Shown here piece by piece: positions 54,831 to 64,000 of a stretch of DNA of 64,000 bases. A program made the position numbers and the translations under genes. The notes beneath the pieces were generated by a model. It was not told the origin of the DNA and did no database searches. It worked only from the letters and a program-made list of their open reading frames with translations. Source of the stretch: Eledone cirrhosa. Taxonomy: Eukaryota. The stretch is from contig OZ024743.1 of the NCBI GenBank assembly GCA_964016885.1, positions 206,584,001 to 206,648,000 on the forward strand, written 5' to 3'. Position 1 is the first letter of the stretch; every line of letters starts with the position of its first letter.

Positions 54831-56284
54831 TAAGACCACTGTATCAACACCATAGTCATAAGACCACTGTATAAACCCCATAGTCACAACTACTGTAGTA
54901 CCACTGTATCAACACCATAGTCACAACTACTGTAGTACCACTGTATCAACACCATAGTCACAACTACTGTAAGACCACTTTATCAACACCACGGTCACAA
55001 CTACTGTAAGATCACTGTATCAACACCATAGTCATAACTACTGTAAGATCACTGTATCAACACCATAGTCATAAGACCACTGTATCAACACCATAGTCAC
55101 AACTACTGTAAGACCACTGTATCAACACCATAGTCATAAGACCACTGTATAAACACCATAGTCACAACTACTGTAGTACCACTGTATCAACACCATAGTC
55201 ACAACTACTGTAGTACAACTGTATCATCACCATAGTCATAACTAATGTAAGACCACTGTATCAACACCACAGCCACAACTACTGTAAGATCACTGTAACA
55301 ACACCACAGCTACAACTACTGTAAGACCACTGTATCAACACCACAGCCACAACTACTGTAAGACCATTGATTCAACACCGTAGTCACAACTACTGTAAGA
55401 CCACTGTATCAACACCACAGTCACAACGTCTGTAAGACCACTGTATCAACACAAAATTCACAACTACTGTAAGCCTACTGTATCAACACCATAGTCACAA
55501 CTACTGTAAGACCACTGTATAAACACCATAGTCATAACTACTGTAAGACCACTGTATAAAATCCATAGTCACAACTACGGTAAGACCACTGTATCAACAA
55601 TACAGTCACAACTACTCTAAGACCACTGTATCAACACCACAGTCACAACTACTGTAAGACCACTGTATCAACACCATAGTCATAACTACCGTAATACCAC
55701 TGTATCAACACCATAGTCATAAGACCACTGTATGCACACCATAGTTACAACTACTGTAAGACCATTGTATCAACACCATAGTCATAACTACTGTAAGACC
55801 ACTGTATCAACACCATAGTCATAAGACCACTGTATCAACACCATAGTCACAACTACTGTAATACCACTGTATCAAGACCATAGTCACAACTACTTTAAGA
55901 CCACTGTATCAACACCATAGTCATAACTACCGTAAGACCACTGTATCAACACCAAAGTCATAAGACCACTGTATCAACACCATAGTCACAACTACTGTAA
56001 GACCACTGTATCAACACCATATTCATAACTACCGTAAGACCACTGTATCAACACCATAGTCAGAAGACCACTGTATCAACAACATAGACACAACTACTGT
56101 AAGACCACTGTATCAACACCATAGTCACAACTACTAGAGTACCACTGTATCAACACCATAGTCACAACTACTGTAGTACCACTGTATCAACACCATAGTC
56201 ACAACTACTGTAAGACCACTGTATCAACACCACGGTCACAACTACTGTAAGATCACTGTATCAACACCATAGTCATAACGACCG

Positions 56285-59200
56285 TAAGACCACTGTATCA
56301 ACACCATAGTCACAACTACTGTAAGACCACTGTATCAACACCATAGTCACAACTACTGTAAGACCACTGTATCAACACCATAGTCATAAGACCACTGTAT
56401 AAACACCATAGTCACAACTACTGTAGTACCACTGTATCAACACCATAGTCACAACTACTGTAGTACCACTGTATCATCACCATAGTCATAACTAATGTAA
56501 GACCACTGTATCAACACCATAGTCACAATAACTGTAAGAACACTGTATCAACACCACAGTCATAACTACTGTAAGACCACTGTTTCAACACCACAATCAC
56601 AACTACTGTAAGACCACCGTATCAACACCACAGTCACAACTACTGTAAGACAACTGTATCAACACCACAACCACAACTACTGTAAAACCACTGTATCAAC
56701 ACCATAGTCACAACTACTGTAGTACCACTGTATCAACACCATAGTCACAACTACTGTAGTACAACTGTATCATCACCATAGTCATAACTAATGTAAGACC
56801 ACTGTATCAACACCACAGCCACAACTACTGTAAGATCACTGTAACAACACCACAGCTACAACTACTGTAAGACCACTGTATCAACACCACAGCCACAACT
56901 ACTGTAAGACCATTGATTCAACACCGTAGTCACAACTACTGTAAGACCACTGTATCAACACCACAGTCACAACGTCTGTAAGACCACTGTATCAACACAA
57001 AATTCACAACTACTGTAAGCCTACTGTATCAACACCATAGTCACAACTACTGTAAGACCACTGCATCAACACCATAGTCAGAACGTTTGTAATACCACTG
57101 TATCAACACCATAGTCACAACTACTGTAAGACCACTGTATAAACACCATAGTCATAACTACTGTAAGACCACTGTATAAAATCCATAGTCACAACTACGG
57201 TAAGACCACTGTATCAACAATACAGTCACAACTACTCTAAGACCACTGTATCAACACCACAGTCACAACTAGTGTAAGACCACTGTATCAACACCATAGT
57301 CATAAGACCACTGTATGAACACCATAGTTACAACTACTGTAAGACCATTGTATCAACACCATAGTCATAACTACTGTAAGACCACTGTATCAACACCATA
57401 GTCATAAGACCACTGTATCAACACCATAGTCACAACTACTGTAATACCACTGTATCAAGACCATAGTCACAACTTCTTTAAGACCACTGTGTCAACACCA
57501 TAGTCATAACTAACGTAAGACCACTGTATCAACACCAAAGTCATAAGACCACTGTATCAACACCATAGTCACAACTACTGTAAGACCACTGTATCAACAC
57601 CATAGTCATAACTACTGTAAGACCACTGTATCAACACCATATTCATAACTACCGTAAGACCACTGTATCAACACAATAGTCAGAAGACCACTGTATCAAC
57701 AACATAGACACAACTACTGTAAGACCACTGTATCAACACCATAGTCACAACTACTAGAGTACCACTGTATCAACACCATAGTCACAACTACTGTAGTACC
57801 ACTGTATCAACACCATAGTCACAACTACTGTAAGACCACTGTATCAACACCACGGTCACAACTACTGTAAGATCACTGTATCAACACCATAGTCATAACG
57901 ACCGTAAGACCACTGTATCAACACCATAGTCAAAAGACCACTGTATCAACACCATCGTCACAACTACTATAAGACCACTGTATCAACACCACAGTCACAA
58001 CTACAGTAAGACCACTGTATAAACACCATAGTCACAACTACTGTAAGACCACTGTATCAACACCATAATCATAACTACCGTAAGACCACTGTATCATCAC
58101 CATAGTCATAACTAATGTAAGACCACTGTATCAACACCATAGTCACAACTACTGTAAGACCACTGTATCAACACCATAGTCATAACTACTGTAAGACCAC
58201 TGTATCAACACCATAGTCATAAGACCACTGTATAAACACCATAGTCACAACTACTGTAGTACCACTGTATCAACACCATAGTCACAACTACTGTAGTACC
58301 ACTGTATCATCACCATAGTCATAACTAATGTAAGACCACTGTATCAACACCATAGTCACAATAACTGTAAGAACACTGTATCAACACCACAGTCATAACT
58401 ACTGTAAGACCACTGTTTCAACACCACAGTCACAACTACTGTAAGACCACCGTATCAACACCACAGTCAAAACTACTGTAAGACAACTGTATCAACACCA
58501 CAACCACAACTACTGTAAAACCACTGTATCAACACCATAGTCACAACTACTGTAGTACCACTGTATCAACACCATAGTCACAACTACTGTAGTACAACTG
58601 TATCATCACCATAGTCATAACTAATGTAAGACCACTGTATCAACACCACAGCCACAACTACTGTAAGATCACTGTAACAACACCACAGCTACAACTACTG
58701 TAAGACCACTGTATCAACACCACAGCCACAACTACTGTAAGACCATTGATTCAACACCGTAGTCACAACTACTGTAAGACCACTGTATCAACACCACAGT
58801 CACAACGTCTGTAAGACCACTGTATCAACACAAAATTCACAACTACTGTAAGCCTACTGTATCAACACCATAGTCACAACTACTGTAAGACCACTGCATC
58901 AACACCATAGTCAGAACGTTTGTAATACCACTGTATCAACACCATAGTCACAACTACTGTAAGACCACTGTATAAACACCATAGTCATAACTACTGTAAG
59001 ACCACTGTATAAAATCCATAGTCACAACTACGGTAAGACCACTGTATCAACAATACAGTCACAACTACTCTAAGACCACTGTATCAACACCACAGTCACA
59101 ACTAGTGTAAGACCACTGTATCAACACCATAGTCATAAGACCACTGTATGAACACCATAGTTACAACTACTGTAAGACCATTGTATCAACACCATAGTCA

Positions 59201-60387
59201 TAACTACTGTAAGACCACTGTATCAACACCATAGTCATAAGACCACTGTATCAACACCATAGTCACAACTACTGTAATACCACTGTATCAAGACCATAGT
59301 CACAACTTCTTTAAGACCACTGTATCAACACCATAGTCATAACTAACGTAAGACCACTGTATCAACACCAAAGTCATAAGACCACTGTATCAACACCATA
59401 GTCACAACTACTGTAAGACCACTGTATCAACACCATAGTCATAACTACTGTAAGACCACTGTATCAACACCATATTCATAACTACCGTAAGACCACTGTA
59501 TCAACACAATAGTCAGAAGACCACTGTATCAACAACATAGACACAACTACTGTAAGACCACTGTATCAACACCATAGTCACAACTACTAGAGTACCACTG
59601 TATCAACACCATAGTCACAACTACTGTAGTACCACTGTATCAACACCATAGTCACAACTACTGTAAGACCACTGTATCAACACCACGGTCACAACTACTG
59701 TAAGATCACTGTATCAACACCATAGTCATAACGACCGTAAGACCACTGTATCAACACCATAGTCAAAAGACCACTGTATCAACACCATCGTCACAACTAC
59801 TATAAGACCACTGTATCAACACCACAGTCACAACTACAGTAAGACCACTGTATAAACACCATAGTCACAACTACTGTAAGACCACTGTATCAACACCATA
59901 ATCATAACTACCGTAAGACCACTGTATCATCACCATAGTCATAACTAATGTAAGACCACTGTATCAACACCATAGTCACAACTACTGTAAGACCACTGTA
60001 TCAACACCATAGTCATAACTACTGTAAGACCACTGTATCAACACCATAGTCATAAGACCACTGTATAAACACCATAGTCACAACTACTGTAGTACCACTG
60101 TATCAACACCATAGTCACAACTACTGTAGTACCACTGTATCATCACCATAGTCATAACTAATGTAAGACCACTGTATCAACACCATAGTCACAATAACTG
60201 TAAGAACACTGTATCAACACCACAGTCATAACTACTGTAAGACCACTGTTTCAACACCACAGTCACAACTACTGTAAGACCACCGTATCAACACCACAGT
60301 CAAAACTACTGTAAGACAACTGTATCAACACCACAACCACAACTACTGTAAAACCACTGTATCAACACCATAGTCACAACTACTGTA
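56285..60387. repeat. 1,833-bp higher-order repeat in A4 (~2.2 copies)
   Basis: TGTTTCAAC at 56581/58414/60247 and GAACGTTT at 57081/58914, all offset 1,833. Confidence 0.9.
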
Positions 60388-61590
60388 ATACCCCTGTATC
60401 AGCACCACAGTCACAACTACTGTAAGACCACTTCATCAACACCATAGTCACAACTACTGTAAGATCACTGTATCAACACCATATTCACAACTACTGTAAG
60501 ACCACTGTATCAACACCATAGTCATAACTACCGTAAGACCACCTTATCAACACCATAGTCATAAGACCACTGTATCAACACCATAGTGACAACTACTGTA
60601 AGACCACTGTATCAACACCATAGTCATAAGACAACTGTATAAACACCATAGTCACAACTACTGTAGTACCACTGTATCAACACCATAGTCACAACTACTG
60701 TAGTACCACTGTATCATCACCATAGTCATAACTAATGTAAGACCACTGTATCAACACCATAGTCACAATAACTGTAAGAACACTGTATCAACACCACAGT
60801 CATAACTACTGTAAGACCACTGTTTCAACACCACAGTCACAACTACTGTAAGACCACCGTATCAACACCATAGTCACAACTACTGTAAGACCACTGTATC
60901 AACACCATAGTCACAACTACTGTAAGACCACTGTATCAACACCATAGTCATAAGTCCACTGTATCAACACCATAGTCACAATTACTGTAAGACAAATGTA
61001 TCTACACCATAGTCACAACTACTGTAAGAACACTGTATCAACACCACAGCTACAACTACTGTAAGACCACTGTATCAACACCACAGCCACAACTACTGTA
61101 AGACCATTGATTCAACACCGTAGTCACAACTACTGTAAGACCACTGTATCAGCATCACAGTCACAACTACTGTAAGATCAGTGTAACAACACCACAGCTA
61201 CAACTACTGTAAGACCACTGTATCAACACCAGAGCCACAACTACTGTAAGACCATTGATTCAACACCGTAGTCACAACTACTGTAAGACCACTGTATCAA
61301 CACCACAGTCACAACGTCTGTAAGACCACTGTATCAACACAAAATTCACAACTACTGTAAGCCTACTGTATCAACACCATAGTCACAACTACTGTAAGAC
61401 CACTGCATCAACACCATAGTCAGAACGTCTGTAATACCACTGTATCAACACCATAGTCACAACTACTGTAAGACCACTGTATCAACAATACAGTCACAAC
61501 TACTCTAAGACCACTGTATCAACACCACAGTCACAACTACTGTAAGACCACTGTATCAACACCATAGTCATAAGACCACTGTATGAACAC

Positions 61591-61640
61591 CATAGTTACA
61601 ACTACTGTAAGACAGTGGTCTTACAGTAGTTGTAACTATG
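61591..61640. repeat. Perfect inverted repeat, 23-bp arms and 4-nt loop (local inverted SatA fragment)
   Basis: CATAGTTACAACTACTGTAAGAC (61591-61613), then AGTG, then GTCTTACAGTAGTTGTAACTATG (61618-61640). Confidence 0.97.
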
Positions 61641-64000
61641 TATAAAATCCATAGTCATAACTACTGTAAGACCACTGTATCAACACCATAGTCATAAGAC
61701 CACTGTATCAACACCATAGTCACAACTACTGTAAGACCACTGTATCAACACCACAGTCACAACTACTGTAAGACCACTGTATCAACACCATAGTCATAAC
61801 TACCGTAATACGACTGTATCAACACCATAGTCATAAGACCACTGTATAAACACCATTGTCATAACTACTGTAAGACCACTGTATAAAATCCATAGTCATA
61901 ACTACTGTAAGACCACTGTATCAACACCATAGTCATAAGACCACTGTATCAACACCATAGTCACAACTACTGTAATACCACTGTATCAAGACCATAGTCA
62001 CAACTACTTTAAGACCACTGTATCAACACCATAGTCATAACTACCGTAAGACCACTGTATCAACACCAAAGTCATAAGACCACTGTATCAACACCACAGT
62101 CACAACTACTGTAAGACCACTGTATCAACACCATAGTCATAACTACTGTAAGACCACTGTATCAACACCATAGTCACAACTATTGTAAGACCACTGTATC
62201 AACACCACAGTCACAACTACAGTAAGACCACTGTATAAACACCATAGTCACAACTACTGTAAGACCGCTGTATCAACACCATAGTCATAACTAATGTAAG
62301 ACCACTGTATCAACACCATAGTCACAACTACAGTAAGACCACTGTATAAACACCACAGTCATAACTACTGTAAGACCAATGTATCAACACCACAGTCACA
62401 ACTACTGTAAGACCACTGTATCAACACCACAGTCACAACTACTGTAAGACCACTGTATCAACACCACAACCACAACTACTGTAAGACCACTGTATCAACA
62501 CCACAGTCATAACTACTCTAAGACCACTGTATCAACACCACAGCCACAACTACTGTAAGACCACTGTATCAACACCATAATCACAACCACTGTAATACCA
62601 CTGTATCAACACTATAGTCATAACTACTGTAAGACCACTGTATCAACACTATAGTCACAACTACTGTAAGACCACTGTATCAACACCATAGTCGCAACTA
62701 CCGTAAGACCACTGTATCAGCACCACATTCACAACTACTGTAAGACCACTGTATCAACACCATAGTGACAACTACTGTAAGATCACTGTAATAACACCAT
62801 ATTCACAACTAGTGTAAGACCACTGTATCAACACCATAGTCATAACTACCGTAAGACAACTGTATCAACACCATAGTCATAAGACCACTGTATCAACACC
62901 ATAGTGACAATTATTGTAAGACCACTGTATCAACACCACAGTCACAACTACAGTAAGACCACTGTATCAACACCATAGTCATAACTACTGTAAGACCACT
63001 GTATCAACACCATAGTCACAACTATTGTAAGACCAATGTATCAACACCACAGTCAGAACTACAGTAAGACCACTTTATCAACACCATCTTCACAACTACT
63101 GTAAGACCACTGTATCAACACCATATTCACAACTAGTGTAAGACCACTGTATCAACACCATAGTCATAAGACCACTGTATAAACCCCATAGTCACAACTA
63201 CTGTAAGACCACTGTATCTACACCATAGTCACAACTACTGTAAGAACACTGTATCAACACAACAGTTATAACTACTGTAAGACCACTGTATCAACACCAT
63301 AGTCATAAGACCACTGTATAAACACCATAGTCACAACTACTGTAGTACCACTGTATCAACACCATAGTCACAACTACTGTAGTACCACTGTATCAACACC
63401 ATAGTCACAACTACTGTAAGACCACTTTATCAACACCACGGTCACAACTACTGTAAGATCACTGTATCAACACCATAGTCATAACTACTCTACGACCACC
63501 GTATCAAAACCATAGTCACAACTACTGTAAGACCACTGTATCAACACCATAGTCATAAGACCACTGTATCAACACCATAGTCACAACTACTGTAAGACCG
63601 CTGTATCAACACCATAGTCATAACTAATGTAAGACCACTGTATCAACACCATAGTCACAACTACAGTAAGACCACTGTATAAACACCACAGTCATAACTA
63701 CTGTAAGACCACTGTATCAACACCACAGTCACAACTACTGTAAGACCACTGTATCAACACCACAGTCACAACTACTGTAAGACCACTGTATCAACACCAC
63801 AACCACAACTACTGTAAGACCACTGTATCAACACCACAGTCATAACTACAATAAGACCACTGTATCAACACCACAGCCACAACTACTGTAAGACCACTGT
63901 ATCAACACCATAATCACAACCACTGTAATACCACTGTATCAACACTATAGTCATAACTACTGTAAGACCACTGTATCAACACTATAGTCACAACTACTGT

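Larger units (their letters stand above)
54831..64000. repeat. SatA block A4 (open at window end), with a distinct variant set
   Basis: Same 37-bp consensus and orientation. Variants such as GTATCATCACC, ACTAGAGT, TCAGAAG, TCAAGACC and CTACGG were not noticed in A1-A3. Confidence 0.97.

Noticed and set aside
61591-61640. Intrinsic terminator or miRNA hairpin
   Set aside because: There is no upstream gene or U-tract, and both arms are satellite sequence, which template switching explains.

Overview
The whole 64 kb window is non-coding tandem repeat (satellite-type DNA, most likely from a eukaryotic heterochromatic region; the organism cannot be identified from the sequence). Two unrelated satellites alternate in seven same-orientation blocks. 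SatA is a 37-bp monomer (GTAAGACCACTGTATCAACACCATAGTCACAACTACT, ~41% GC, C-rich on +) at 1-12689, 15958-24808, 32494-41344 and 54831-64000. SatB is a 91-bp, ~18% GC, palindrome-rich monomer at 12690-15957, 24809-32493 and 41345-54830. Diagnostic monomer variants show the alternation was built by two nested tandem duplications. An older ~12.1 kb duplication created a new B-to-A junction without homology, and a younger 16,536-bp duplication has its breakpoints inside SatB. The result is a composite two-satellite macro-repeat. Small template-switch scars are also visible: a stuttered A-to-B junction (3 copies) and one fold-back inversion forming a perfect 23-bp hairpin at 61591-61640. No genes, RNA genes, transposons or CRISPR array are supportable. 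All comparisons were made by eye, and assembly artefacts cannot be excluded without reads.
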